Below are positions 1 through 10,132 of a stretch of DNA of 38,814 bases, in pieces; position 1 is the stretch's first letter; the number at the start of each line of letters is the position of its first letter. Made by a program: the position numbers and the translations under genes. Location: positions 1 to 38,814 of the forward strand of contig JADGNW010000121.1 of assembly GCA_017883315.1 (NCBI GenBank), written 5' to 3'. The notes under the pieces were generated by a model. The model ran no database searches. It was not told the DNA's origin and saw only the letters and a program-made list of their open reading frames with translations. The stretch is from Blastocatellia bacterium (GTDB taxonomy: Bacteria; Acidobacteriota; Blastocatellia; UBA7656).

Positions 1-648
1 CTATTCATCTTCCTCGCGCGCAAAGAATTCCTTTTCTTCTTCGATGACTCTTCTTTCGAAGCGGCTGATGATGTAGACCGTTGCGATAATGATTACAACG
101 ACGAGCAGAATGATCTGTATTCGTTTGAGGTCGCCGACCAACTTTTCAATGCCGGTAGCGAATGTGAAGCCGAGGCCCGCAAGCACGCCAACCCAAACGC
201 CGCAGCTTGCCAGCGTCAGCAGCGCGAACCTCAAGAAGCCGAAGTGAACAAGTCCGTAGAATATCGCGCTCGTGGTGCGAAGTCCGTAGACGTATTTCAC
301 GATGAACACCGATAGCACTCCGAATCTGTGCATGAGCTTTTCAACGCGAGGGCGCGCGCGAGTGAAGAAGTGCCAGCTCCTCGCCCGCCCGCGAAACCGC
401 GCGCCCACCATGTAGCTGAGCGAATCACCGACGAAGCCGCCCGCCGTGCCTACGATCAAGGCCTCCTCGAATGTAAACAGCCCGGCCCGCGCAAGAACGC
501 CGGAAAAGAGCAGCGTCAGATCGCCCTCGATCATCGTCCCGAAGAACACCGCCCAGAGCCCGTATGTTTTCAGCAAGTCGTAAATCAATAGCCTGGTTTC
601 CCGGTTTGTAGTTTCGGTTTGCCGTTTCTGGGGCGAAGCGCAACTCAA
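1..648 (-). CDS. DedA / VTT-domain family inner-membrane protein
   Basis: 215-aa ORF with its stop codon at 1-3. Several hydrophobic helices and a DedA-type core (FFGTMIEGDLTLLFSGVLA ... GGFVGDSLSYMVGARF). Divergent from the ROK gene. Confidence 0.8.
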   Translation of the reverse strand: MSCASPQKRQTETTNRETRLLIYDLLKTYGLWAVFFGTMIEGDLTLLFSGVLARAGLFTFEEALIVGTAGGFVGDSLSYMVGARFRGRARSWHFFTRARPRVEKLMHRFGVLSVFIVKYVYGLRTTSAIFYGLVHFGFLRFALLTLASCGVWVGVLAGLGFTFATGIEKLVGDLKRIQIILLVVVIIIATVYIISRFERRVIEEEKEFFAREEDE

Positions 649-688
649 ACCAGAAACTAGAAACTACTGAGCTATTTAAGCCGTGGGA

Positions 689-739
689 TTTTAGCGCACT
701 TTGCTAAAATTGACATCCCTTCAGAGCCTTTGATATCCT
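689..739 (+). promoter_or_regulatory. Candidate sigma70-type promoter for the ROK gene, with an abutting palindromic operator-like site
   Basis: Perfect palindrome TTTTAGC-N7-GCTAAAA at 689-709, directly followed by TTGACA (710-715), an 18-nt spacer, then TGaTATCCT (extended -10, 731-739). This places the transcript start after the TTG at 730 and favours the ATG at 787 as the ROK start. Confidence 0.4.
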
Positions 740-786
740 CAGAAACTAAGCTTGATGCCGCGTCCGCAACAGTGCGGTTACCCTCT

Positions 787-1764
787 ATGACAACGAGCCA
801 GACCAGCGAATCAGTCTTCATCGGCATCGACCTCGGGGGAACCACCCTCAAGGCAGCGCTGGTCAGTCCCACGGGCGAAATCATTTGCGAGACGCGGATC
901 GAGACCGAACTGCGAAACCCTGAAGCTCTGTTCAAACAAGTAATCGAGACCGCGCTGAGCTTGCGTGATGACAAGAACGCCGGTGGGCGAGTCGCCGGTA
1001 TCGGAATTGGCATTCCGGGTCTGGTCAATCGCAAGACCAATAGAATTGAAGTCATGCCAAATCTGCCGGCGCTTTCTGAAATCGACATCACTTCGGAACT
1101 CTCCAGCCAGACCGGACTGCCGGTGATATTGGATAACGACGCGAACGCTGCGGCATACGGCGAGCTTCAAGTCGGAGCGGCGCGCGGACAAAAAGAAGTC
1201 TTCTTCATCACACTCGGAACCGGCATCGGCGCGGGTTTGATCATCAACGGGCAGATTTATCGCGGCGCGGCCGGGTTCGCCGGAGAGTTCGGGCACATGA
1301 CGATCGACCCTGAAGGCATCGAGTGCGCTTGCGGCAATATCGGATGCCTCGAGACGATAGCTTCAGGTCCCAATATAGTGCGCCGCACACGAGAGAGATT
1401 ATATCGTGACCGGACGTCGTCGCTTTCACGCCTTGCGATCCCGCGCGACCGCGAGTTCACCGCGGAAGACATCGCTCACGCTGCGCGCGAGGGCGATGAG
1501 ATGGCTCAAGTGATGATGGAACGCACCGGCATGTTCCTGGGCATCGCGCTTGCGGCGGTGATCAATTTGCTCAACGTCGAGATGGTGGTCATGGGCGGAG
1601 GAGTGATGGACGCCGGTGACTTGATACTGAAGCCCACGATCAAAGAGACTCGCCGCCGCGCCTTCCCGCCTTCATTCAATAGCTGCGAGATCGTGATCGC
1701 CAACCTCGGCGCTACCGCCGGAATGATCGGCGCCGCTTTGATGGCCCGTGATCAAGCAAACTGA
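787..1764 (+). CDS. ROK family sugar kinase (glucokinase-like), no N-terminal HTH
   Basis: N-terminal ATP-binding motif IGIDLGGTTLKAALV. ROK signature with the Cys cluster HMTIDPEGIECACGNIGCLE. The ORF track extends to a TTG at 730; the ATG at 787 lies just before the conserved core. Confidence 0.85.
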   Translation: MTTSQTSESVFIGIDLGGTTLKAALVSPTGEIICETRIETELRNPEALFKQVIETALSLRDDKNAGGRVAGIGIGIPGLVNRKTNRIEVMPNLPALSEIDITSELSSQTGLPVILDNDANAAAYGELQVGAARGQKEVFFITLGTGIGAGLIINGQIYRGAAGFAGEFGHMTIDPEGIECACGNIGCLETIASGPNIVRRTRERLYRDRTSSLSRLAIPRDREFTAEDIAHAAREGDEMAQVMMERTGMFLGIALAAVINLLNVEMVVMGGGVMDAGDLILKPTIKETRRRAFPPSFNSCEIVIANLGATAGMIGAALMARDQAN

Positions 1765-1862
1765 TTCTACCGAATTGGAATTCAAGGCGTTTTCCTCAAC
1801 GCCTCAACCCATCTTGAGATGGTAAAGAGCGGCTTGTAAGATTCAAGTACCTGGAGGGCGAT

Positions 1863-2135
1863 ATGAGCTTCCCGATTTTTGTAGAAGCGGTCAACGGTCA
1901 ATTCGAGGCATCACTCATCGGCGCGCCGAATGTCCGCGTAGTGAAACCAAACCGGGCCCAAGCCATCGCCGGACTAAAAGCCGAGATTCAACAACGAGTG
2001 GCACTCGGCGAGTTGCTGTCGCTTGAGATCGACGCAGTCAGCGTTTCCGACCTGGCTGGAAAGTATAGCTCCGATCCCACACTTCGTCAGATCAGCGATG
2101 AGGCATATCAGCTTCGCGATGCCGAGCGCAATTAA
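1863..2135 (+). CDS. Small hypothetical protein, possibly HicB-like antitoxin fold; first gene of a 3-gene coupled operon
   Basis: 90-aa ORF. Its stop overlaps the next start (TAATG at 2133-2137). The pattern FVEAVNGQFEASLIGAPNV...AQAIAGLKAEIQQRV resembles UPF0150/HicB-type folds, but the similarity is weak. Confidence 0.5.
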   Translation: MSFPIFVEAVNGQFEASLIGAPNVRVVKPNRAQAIAGLKAEIQQRVALGELLSLEIDAVSVSDLAGKYSSDPTLRQISDEAYQLRDAERN

Positions 2136-2386
2136 TGCACTATGAATTAACGCAGCACACTCGCGATGTGATTGAGGAACGCCAGATTTCGATAGACTGG
2201 CTTGAGAGAGTGCTCGCGAGCCCCACGCTTATCGAGGCAAGCATCACCGATCGTGAATTGGAAAGCCGGTTCGCGAAAATCCCAGAGTTTGACGGCCGCG
2301 TGCTACGCGTCGTCGTGAACACGCAGGTTGTTCCCGAACGCGTCGTTAGCGTATATTTCGATCGAAGGATGAAAGGGAAGTTATGA
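2135..2386 (+). CDS. DUF4258-like toxin-type small protein
   Basis: 83-aa ORF coupled to both neighbours. Size and sequence style match DUF4258 proteins, which typically pair with DUF2283. Confidence 0.65.
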   Translation: MHYELTQHTRDVIEERQISIDWLERVLASPTLIEASITDRELESRFAKIPEFDGRVLRVVVNTQVVPERVVSVYFDRRMKGKL

Positions 2387-2583
2387 AGCTGAAAGTTGAT
2401 CCCGAGGCTGATGCACTTTACTTGCGTTTAGACGATTCTCGAATTATCGACTCCGAGGAAGTCGCTCCCGGCATCGTGCTGGACTACAACGAGCAGAACC
2501 AGGTAGTAGGCATTGAGATTCTCGGCATTTCGAAGCGAGCCCCAAGTCTTAACCCACGCGAGCTGCAGTTCCAGACGATCTGA
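2383..2583 (+). CDS. DUF2283-like small protein (putative antitoxin partner)
   Basis: 66-aa ORF with an ATGA overlap at 2383-2386. The motif KVDPEADALYLRLDD...VLDYNEQNQVVGIEILGISKR is typical of the DUF2283 family. Confidence 0.7.
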   Translation: MKLKVDPEADALYLRLDDSRIIDSEEVAPGIVLDYNEQNQVVGIEILGISKRAPSLNPRELQFQTI

Positions 2584-2699
2584 TAACCAGATTTGCAATA
2601 GGAACAAGTTCCCGTTTGAACCGAGATGAGCTGCGACGAGTAACCACTGGTTCTCGGGGATGAATCGCGCGCCGCTTAGCACTCGTCATTACTAGGGAT

Positions 2700-3056
2700 A
2701 TGGGAGAAGATATGAAACATGAATCTCTTCAAAGCAACGATCCGCTCTCGTTGCTCGAATGCGTTCAGGACGGGGGAGAGATAGATGACTACCCGTATGA
2801 TCGATCTCATGAATATGTGAGAGGAATGGTTTACTGCAACCGACAAGACGGTACATTGGCGAACTACGTTCCGTTTGAGATCCTTGATGCGGTTGTATTG
2901 GCAGGTCTACTCAAGCCGGAAACAATATCGCCACCATTAGGGCCGGAAGGATTGACTACCGAACAAATGGAACGAACACCTGACTGGGAAGTGATGGGGT
3001 ATTCATTAACTGAGCAGGGCGCAGAGTTCCTGCAATCTGGACAAAGGCAACATTAA
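2700..3056 (+). CDS. Acidic hypothetical protein
   Basis: 118-aa ORF in an AT-richer segment, coupled by TAATG to the next gene. I recognise no family. Confidence 0.5.
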   Translation: MGEDMKHESLQSNDPLSLLECVQDGGEIDDYPYDRSHEYVRGMVYCNRQDGTLANYVPFEILDAVVLAGLLKPETISPPLGPEGLTTEQMERTPDWEVMGYSLTEQGAEFLQSGQRQH

Positions 3057-3781
3057 TGAACCCGAAAACGCGAAGCGATCGACTCTTCGAGCAGTGTTTG
3101 CAGGAGCACGGCTATACAGATTTCGAGTACGAAAAAACACCCGCCGGTCCCGACTACGTCGTGCATCTGGACGATACTGATTACTTATTTGAGGTGAAGG
3201 AATTTCTGCCCCCGAGCGCACAGTTTGATATGCACGAGTACTTCGCATGGTACGGAGAGAAGCAATCTATAGAACCTATTAGAGACAAGATCGGCAAAGC
3301 GAGGCCACAATTCAAGCAATTCAAGGACAAGCCATGCTGTTTGGTTCTTTACAACCATGGGAGCCGGTACATTCACCTCGAAAGGTGGTGGGATGTAGCG
3401 GCCGCCATGTACGGTCAGCCGGCTTGGACATTTAGCTTTGATCCGGCAAGAGGTCGAGTAATGGAGGACTCCACCCAGTTGGCATTCACCGAAGGCGGGA
3501 AAATGATCAGGCCACACACGGCTGAGCCTCTGAACACGACGTTCAGTGCTGTTCTGGTAATGCGCTATGTTGATCTCGATCCTGCTCGTCCCCACGCATT
3601 GCCCAACTCATCAAGCGGCCCTGAAGACAAGCATATGCCCATTGGTGTCCCGGAGCGGAAGCTCGGCATCGTGGTACACGAGAACAAGGATGCGAGGATC
3701 CCTTTTCCGCAACACATCTTTAGCGGCCCGTTCGATGAAAGGTATGGACCCGTCGGCGACGCGATCACCCGCATCTACTAG
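3056..3781 (+). CDS. Hypothetical protein with an N-terminal PD-(D/E)xK nuclease-like motif set
   Basis: 241-aa ORF. The N-terminus LFEQCLQEHGY...GPDYVVHLDDTDYLFEVKEF fits the E...PD...(D/E)xK arrangement of restriction-endonuclease-like folds. I recognise nothing in the rest of the protein. Confidence 0.55.
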   Translation: MNPKTRSDRLFEQCLQEHGYTDFEYEKTPAGPDYVVHLDDTDYLFEVKEFLPPSAQFDMHEYFAWYGEKQSIEPIRDKIGKARPQFKQFKDKPCCLVLYNHGSRYIHLERWWDVAAAMYGQPAWTFSFDPARGRVMEDSTQLAFTEGGKMIRPHTAEPLNTTFSAVLVMRYVDLDPARPHALPNSSSGPEDKHMPIGVPERKLGIVVHENKDARIPFPQHIFSGPFDERYGPVGDAITRIY

Positions 3782-3846
3782 AGTCGGCACATTCCGCCCA
3801 CTGCTGATATACTTCCCTATCAAAGATTCCAATCTGCTGACTTACC

Positions 3847-5649
<1,803 letters not shown>

Positions 5650-5678
5650 GGGTTCAGAGCTTAGGCGTCAGAATGCAG

Positions 5679-5764
5679 GCGTTCAGAGTACCGACTCTAG
5701 TCGGCTCTTTGAATTCCTGAATATTCAAATCCGAAGAGCCGACTAAAGTCGGTACTCTGAACGC
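5679..5764. repeat. Compound palindromic element, probably a bidirectional terminator or REP-like element between convergent genes
   Basis: The 31-nt arms 5679-5709 and 5734-5764 are reverse complements at 30/31 positions. Each arm contains its own small palindrome (CCGACTctAGTCGG and CCGACTaaAGTCGG). The loop holds TTTGAAT...ATTCAAA. Confidence 0.75.
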
Positions 5765-5796
5765 CCGCTACCCCGACTTCCGCCACATTCAAACTG

Positions 5797-6066
5797 TCAA
5801 CTTTCGCGCGAGCCGGTCAACGAGGAGCCAGCGGCGTTTCTACTTCTTCCCCACCAGAGCTTCACGGCCGCCAATGAAAGCGAACCAGAAATCAACATCA
5901 TCACCCCACCGGCGTAGAGCCACTTGTCGCCCACCGATTGTTCCCAAAGCATCTGATCCTGTTGCTGAGCTTCGAGGTTCAGCTCTGAGCCGTAGTGGTA
6001 AAGGAGCAAGCCGGCGCCCAACAACATGAGCGCCGACATCAAGAGTATTCTCACAGTTCTACTCAT
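5797..6066 (-). CDS. Small two-helix membrane protein, hypothetical
   Basis: 89-aa ORF 33 nt downstream of the TonB-like gene on the same strand, with two hydrophobic segments. Confidence 0.5.
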   Translation of the reverse strand: MSRTVRILLMSALMLLGAGLLLYHYGSELNLEAQQQDQMLWEQSVGDKWLYAGGVMMLISGSLSLAAVKLWWGRSRNAAGSSLTGSRES

Positions 6067-6099
6067 CTCGCCTCCATAGTCACCCCGTTCAGACCAACT

Positions 6100-6873
6100 C
6101 TATTCAGTAAGCTTGAACACGAAAGTAATAACTCCCGTCACACGCACCGGCACGCCGTTGAGAATCGTTGGTCCGAATCGCCATGAAAGCGCGGCTTCTC
6201 TCGCGTACTGCGCGAACATAGGATGACCGTTGACGACCCGTGCGGATTCCACCCGGCCTTCAGGAGAAATGATCACTTCAACCGACACGTCGCCTTGCAA
6301 ATGGATCTGCCGCGCGAGCGGTGGATAGATCGGTTTCGTCCGCTCAATCGCTTTTCCTTGAAGCACAGTTGACGATATGAGCAGCGGCTTTTTGTCGGCC
6401 GTTGTTCGAGGCTGCGGCTTTGGTGGATCGACAGGTCGCGGCGGCGGTTCACTTCCTTTCGTGCTGGAACCCGGAATGTCAATCGCACCGAGTACGCCAT
6501 CGCGGGCTCCGCCGACCACGCCATCGTTTGCGTTGAAGTCCGTCGCCGTCGGCAGAGACAACCGCGGCGGGCCGCTCTGTTTGTGATTGGCGATGTCGTC
6601 ATACTTGAGCAGGTTGCTTAGATCTGGTCGCGGCGTTCCACCCGAGTCCCGATGAGGTGTAACTACCTGTTGCCCGCGCCGCGGCGGCGGGAGCGGCGTC
6701 GCTATGCGGATTGTGCGGTCGCTTGTGTCCGCGAGCTTGGGGTCTGCGAGCAAGACCGAAAGGGCGAATGCAAGGGCAACCGCCGACAGATAGATTATTG
6801 ATGTGAAGACGAAGAACGTTGCCGTTCTTCCCTTTTGCTTCTGAGCGGTGGACACAACTAGCTTTTCAAACAT
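6100..6873 (-). CDS. Energy transducer TonB family protein
   Basis: N-terminal TM anchor, Pro-rich linker (PLPPPRRGQQ, PPPRPVDPPKPQP) and a C-terminal TonB domain (KPIYPPLARQIHLQGDVSVEVIISPEGRVESARVV...A...WRF.P...NG.PV). Confidence 0.85.
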   Translation of the reverse strand: MFEKLVVSTAQKQKGRTATFFVFTSIIYLSAVALAFALSVLLADPKLADTSDRTIRIATPLPPPRRGQQVVTPHRDSGGTPRPDLSNLLKYDDIANHKQSGPPRLSLPTATDFNANDGVVGGARDGVLGAIDIPGSSTKGSEPPPRPVDPPKPQPRTTADKKPLLISSTVLQGKAIERTKPIYPPLARQIHLQGDVSVEVIISPEGRVESARVVNGHPMFAQYAREAALSWRFGPTILNGVPVRVTGVITFVFKLTE

Positions 6874-7039
6874 GGGTTCTCCTTTGCGGAGTCGGTGCTC
6901 CGCCAGGCGCTCTGGTTGTTTTCTGAATTGGCGCTCGGAGAATTAGAACGAAAGGCGCTCTTCGGAAGGGAATCTCATTAACGATCGTCGCAGCAAAAGA
7001 TACGAAAGGTGCGACAAACTACTGACTACTGACTGCTAT

Positions 7040-7813
7040 TCATCCGCTCACATCAACCTTCTCAACCAGAAGTATTATTCGAGTAGGCACAGGCCGCCCC
7101 GAAACGGTCGCCGGTTGAAAAGTGCGGTCGCGTAATGACCACCACAATTGTTCGATCAAGTAAGGGTCTTGCGGCGCGTTAAGCACATCGACCAGTCTTC
7201 CGCGCCCGTCCGGATCAATCTCAACAAGCGCGGACATGCCCTGATTGCCCGGCTTCTGATACGCGATGTGGCTGAAGCTGACAAGCGCGCTGTTGTCGAG
7301 CACGCGCGGAAGCTGATAGTAGTGCTCGCTATCTTTCGAGCCTGCATCAAGCGAGCCTGCGTCAGGTGGCAGATTGTTGTAGCTCTGATACTCGCGACCG
7401 GATCCGCTGATGACCGGGGAAATTGAAGCCTCCTGGCTTTCGACGGCGCCGAGCGGAATCGGCTTAAAACTAGAAAACAGAGTCGCGAAAGAAAGCAGCG
7501 AGACCAGTACCCCCGCAGCGAAGCCGATCGGGCGCGGGTTAAGCTTGAGCAGCCACTCGAACATTTGCTGAGTAAGACTTATTTCTTTTCGAGCGCGCCT
7601 CGCAGCTTCGGTCATTATGTAGCTCCGAAGCTCGCGTGGCACTTCCGGCTGTTCGGCGTTTCTCAGGGCCAACGACGCGGCCTCGGTCTGGGCAAGGTGC
7701 AAGCGGCACCCATCACATGCAAAAAGGTGCTCGCGATACCGGGTCGCTTCGTTCTCGCTAAGCTGCCGGTCTATGTAAGCCGAAGCTGTCAGTTCAAACT
7801 TCTTGCATTCCAT
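7040..7813 (-). CDS. Anti-sigma factor (zf-HC2 type) with a TM segment and a TonB-C-like periplasmic C-terminus
   Basis: N-terminus MECKKF...YREHLFACDGCRLHL is the zf-HC2 anti-sigma motif, and there is a central hydrophobic helix. The C-terminus GMSALVEIDPDGRGRLVDV...RTFQPATVSGRPVPTRIIL resembles TonB_C. I prefer the ATG at 7813 over the ORF-track start at 7888, because a structured repeat fills 7831-7898. Confidence 0.75.
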   Translation of the reverse strand: MECKKFELTASAYIDRQLSENEATRYREHLFACDGCRLHLAQTEAASLALRNAEQPEVPRELRSYIMTEAARRARKEISLTQQMFEWLLKLNPRPIGFAAGVLVSLLSFATLFSSFKPIPLGAVESQEASISPVISGSGREYQSYNNLPPDAGSLDAGSKDSEHYYQLPRVLDNSALVSFSHIAYQKPGNQGMSALVEIDPDGRGRLVDVLNAPQDPYLIEQLWWSLRDRTFQPATVSGRPVPTRIILLVEKVDVSG

Positions 7814-7830
7814 AAAACACTTCCGATCTC

Positions 7831-7898
7831 GGATTGCGGAATTCGGATTGAACATCAAGTTGCGTCTGTTGAAATCGGCAATCCGCAATCCGCAATTC
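7831..7898. repeat. Imperfect inverted repeat built from CGGATTG/CAATCCG heptamers, between the sigma and anti-sigma genes
   Basis: GGATTGCGGAATTCGGATTG (7831-7850) matches the reverse complement of CAATCCGCAATCCGCAATTC (7879-7898) at about 16 of 20 positions. Confidence 0.5.
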
Positions 7899-8548
7899 TA
7901 CAAAAGATCCTTCACGCGGCGGCGGAGTTCTTCGCGTCCGCGCGCAATGCGTGACTTAACGGTTCCGATCGAGATGCCGAGCGTTTCAGCGATCTCCTCG
8001 TATGAAAGCTCTTCAATCTCGCGAAGTATCAGCGCGATGCGATACTCCTGTTTGATCTCGTCCAGCGCGCGCATAACCTGGCGCTCGCGCTCGCTCGATA
8101 TCGCCTGCGCTTCAGGCGATATCCCACGACCTGGGAGCGAGTTGCCAATCGTAGTGTCCGAATGCTCTCGCGTTATGTCGAGCGATATAGTCTCGTCGCG
8201 ATGACGCCGCCGCCACCAGCGCTGCTGATTCATCGCCTGATTGACAGCGATGCGATAAATCCAGGTCCTCAATCCTGCTTCGCCCCGAAAGCCACCTAGT
8301 CCGCGATAGACCTTCAGGAAAGTTTCCTGCGCCGCATCGCGCGCCTCTTCGGCATCGCCCAGCAACCGGAAGCAGAGCGCGTAAACCGGCCGCTCGAAGT
8401 GGGCGACCAATTCTTCAAACGCATCCAGATCGCGAGCGCGCAATCTGGAGATCAGCCCCGCTTCGGGCAGGCGCTCGATCGCCCTGGCATCGACTTCGAG
8501 CCCGGCGAGAGAGCTTTGCTCCAGTGCGGCCATGTCTCGGGCTGACAT
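7898..8548 (-). CDS. ECF-type RNA polymerase sigma-70 family factor
   Basis: Region 2 (FEELVAHFERPVYALCFRLLGDAEEARDAAQETFLKVYR) and region 4 HTH (LREIEELSYEEIAETLGISIGTVKSRIARGREEL). Confidence 0.9.
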   Translation of the reverse strand: MSARDMAALEQSSLAGLEVDARAIERLPEAGLISRLRARDLDAFEELVAHFERPVYALCFRLLGDAEEARDAAQETFLKVYRGLGGFRGEAGLRTWIYRIAVNQAMNQQRWWRRRHRDETISLDITREHSDTTIGNSLPGRGISPEAQAISSERERQVMRALDEIKQEYRIALILREIEELSYEEIAETLGISIGTVKSRIARGREELRRRVKDLL

Positions 8549-8669
8549 TGAGTGGCACTCCTTCGGTTAACGGCTGACCGGAGTGGGCCACCGCCCGACC
8601 TGATGAAGCCGAGCGCCGAATAGCTCCAAGCGGAACGGGCAGCAGCCCTTCACCTCACTTGTCGCTAGG

Positions 8670-8698
8670 TTAGACACCCTGTCCGGTCAGAATGTTCC
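8670..8698 (-). promoter_or_regulatory. Candidate autoregulated ECF-type promoter (GGAAC ... GTCTAA)
   Basis: On the minus strand: GGAAC (8698-8694) followed by GTCTAA (8675-8670). The spacing is 1-2 nt longer than typical ECF promoters. It lies about 120-150 nt upstream of the sigma start. Confidence 0.4.
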
Positions 8699-8944
8699 GA
8701 CTCGTAAGACTCTAGCACAATCGAGTCGGGCGATCACTCCTAATAGTCAGAACGAGTGGGACCCGGTCTTTTGCCGGCAAGTATCACGCGGGCGTTTCTT
8801 GACAGTGCCCGACCGAGGCCGCTATGGTTTTCCTTTCCTTATCAGACGGCGCAGGCGTCCTTCAGCTTTGCTCCAGTCACATATTCAAGGAGGCACTCGG
8901 TTTTGGCGACAAGAAGCAAAAGGAAGAAGGTCTCGGTCAAGGAG

Positions 8945-9682
8945 ATGAAGTTCAAGCACGACCCCATGATCCGCTTCTTTGAGAAGACGCAGGATTGGCT
9001 ACAGGAGAAGGGCCGACCGTTGGTGATTGCCGTGGGAATCGTAGTGGGAATCATCGTGCTCTATGCCGCAGTCAGTTACTACCTTGATTCCCGAAAAGCA
9101 AACGCTGAAGCCGCGTTCGCAGATGCCGTAGAGAAGTTCAACGCGCCGGTTATGGACGCTACGACGCCAACTACAACGCCGCCCACCGGCAAGACCTACA
9201 GCGACGAGCAAACAAAGTGGCAAGAGTCAGCGGAAGCGTTTGAGCGCCTCGCCACTAGCTACTCGGGGTACTACGGATCAATCGGCCGCTACTATGCCGG
9301 AGTGTGTTATCTGCACATCAACCGCGACAAGGGGATAAGCTTGCTCGAGCAGGTTGCAGCTAAGAAGGATCCGCCGACGTCGGATCTGGCGCGGCTTGCG
9401 CTTGCCGAGAACTACGCCGTCAACGGCGATAACGAGAAAGCCATCTCGTTCTACGAGCAACTATTGAACTCTTCGACGAATCTGAAACCTGCGATTGAAG
9501 TCGGTCTGGCCAAGGTCTACGAAAAGACTGGTGACACAGAAAAGGCTGTGGAAGCCTATTTGGAGGCGGCAAAGCCCGACCGCTCCACCGATGCGGGCTC
9601 GGAAGCAGAGAAGCGGCTTCAAGCGCTCGCGCCGGACCGGCTCAAGGAACTGCCCCCCGCTACGCCAATCGTCCACCCGTGA
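8945..9682 (+). CDS. Membrane-anchored tetratricopeptide-repeat protein
   Basis: ATG at 8945 preceded by AAGGAG. N-terminal TM helix LVIAVGIVVGIIVLYAAVSYY. TPR-like helical repeats (YYAGVCYLH, LALAENYAVNGDNEKAISFYEQLL, GLAKVYEKTGDTEKAVEAYLEA). The ORF-track extension back to 8756 has no supporting features. Confidence 0.75.
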   Translation: MKFKHDPMIRFFEKTQDWLQEKGRPLVIAVGIVVGIIVLYAAVSYYLDSRKANAEAAFADAVEKFNAPVMDATTPTTTPPTGKTYSDEQTKWQESAEAFERLATSYSGYYGSIGRYYAGVCYLHINRDKGISLLEQVAAKKDPPTSDLARLALAENYAVNGDNEKAISFYEQLLNSSTNLKPAIEVGLAKVYEKTGDTEKAVEAYLEAAKPDRSTDAGSEAEKRLQALAPDRLKELPPATPIVHP

Positions 9683-10132
9683 ATCGATGGTTGCCGCTCT
9701 GCCTGGTTGCTGGATTGTCGGAATAGGCCCGCCTCTTTAACGAGAGATCTTTTGATGATCTCTCCTTCGCTTCGTCTATCATCTCGTGAACAATTTCCCT
9801 CGCTGGCTTGATCTCTTCTTGTTAGCCCGGCGTTCTCGACGGCCACCAGGCACATCTCGTCGAAATCGCTGAAGCACGGCCGCGCCGCGCGTGGTGACAT
9901 CGGGATTGAGCTGCGAAGGATACGGTCAGAGCTGTACAGAATGCCCCCAAACGTGAATACTTTTTGCAGTGAACGCTAGTTCGGTTGTGATTTAAGCGAC
10001 AGCGAGAAGAGCGATCAAGAACATCGTGAACGACGCAGAATACCGAAGCTGACGCTTAATCGCGCGCTCGGGATCGGATTTGTCTCGATAGGGTACAACC
10101 AACCCGCGCAAACTTCGAAGTCTGGAGGACCT

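Noticed and set aside
730-786. ORF-track N-terminal extensions (730, 7888, 8756, 16256, 18300, 20441, 22437, 28893, 30415, 32463, 33766)
   Set aside because: Each extension adds basic or low-complexity residues ahead of an internal ATG that has a good SD, a stop/start overlap with the upstream gene, or the conserved family N-terminus. I used the internal starts, but the exact starts remain unverified.
1785-1804. Hairpins AGGCGTT-N6-AACGCCT (1785-1804) and GAGAGATC-N7-GATCTCTC (9742-9764) as intrinsic terminators
   Set aside because: The stems are real but short, and neither is followed by a T-tract. Terminator function is plausible but unsupported.
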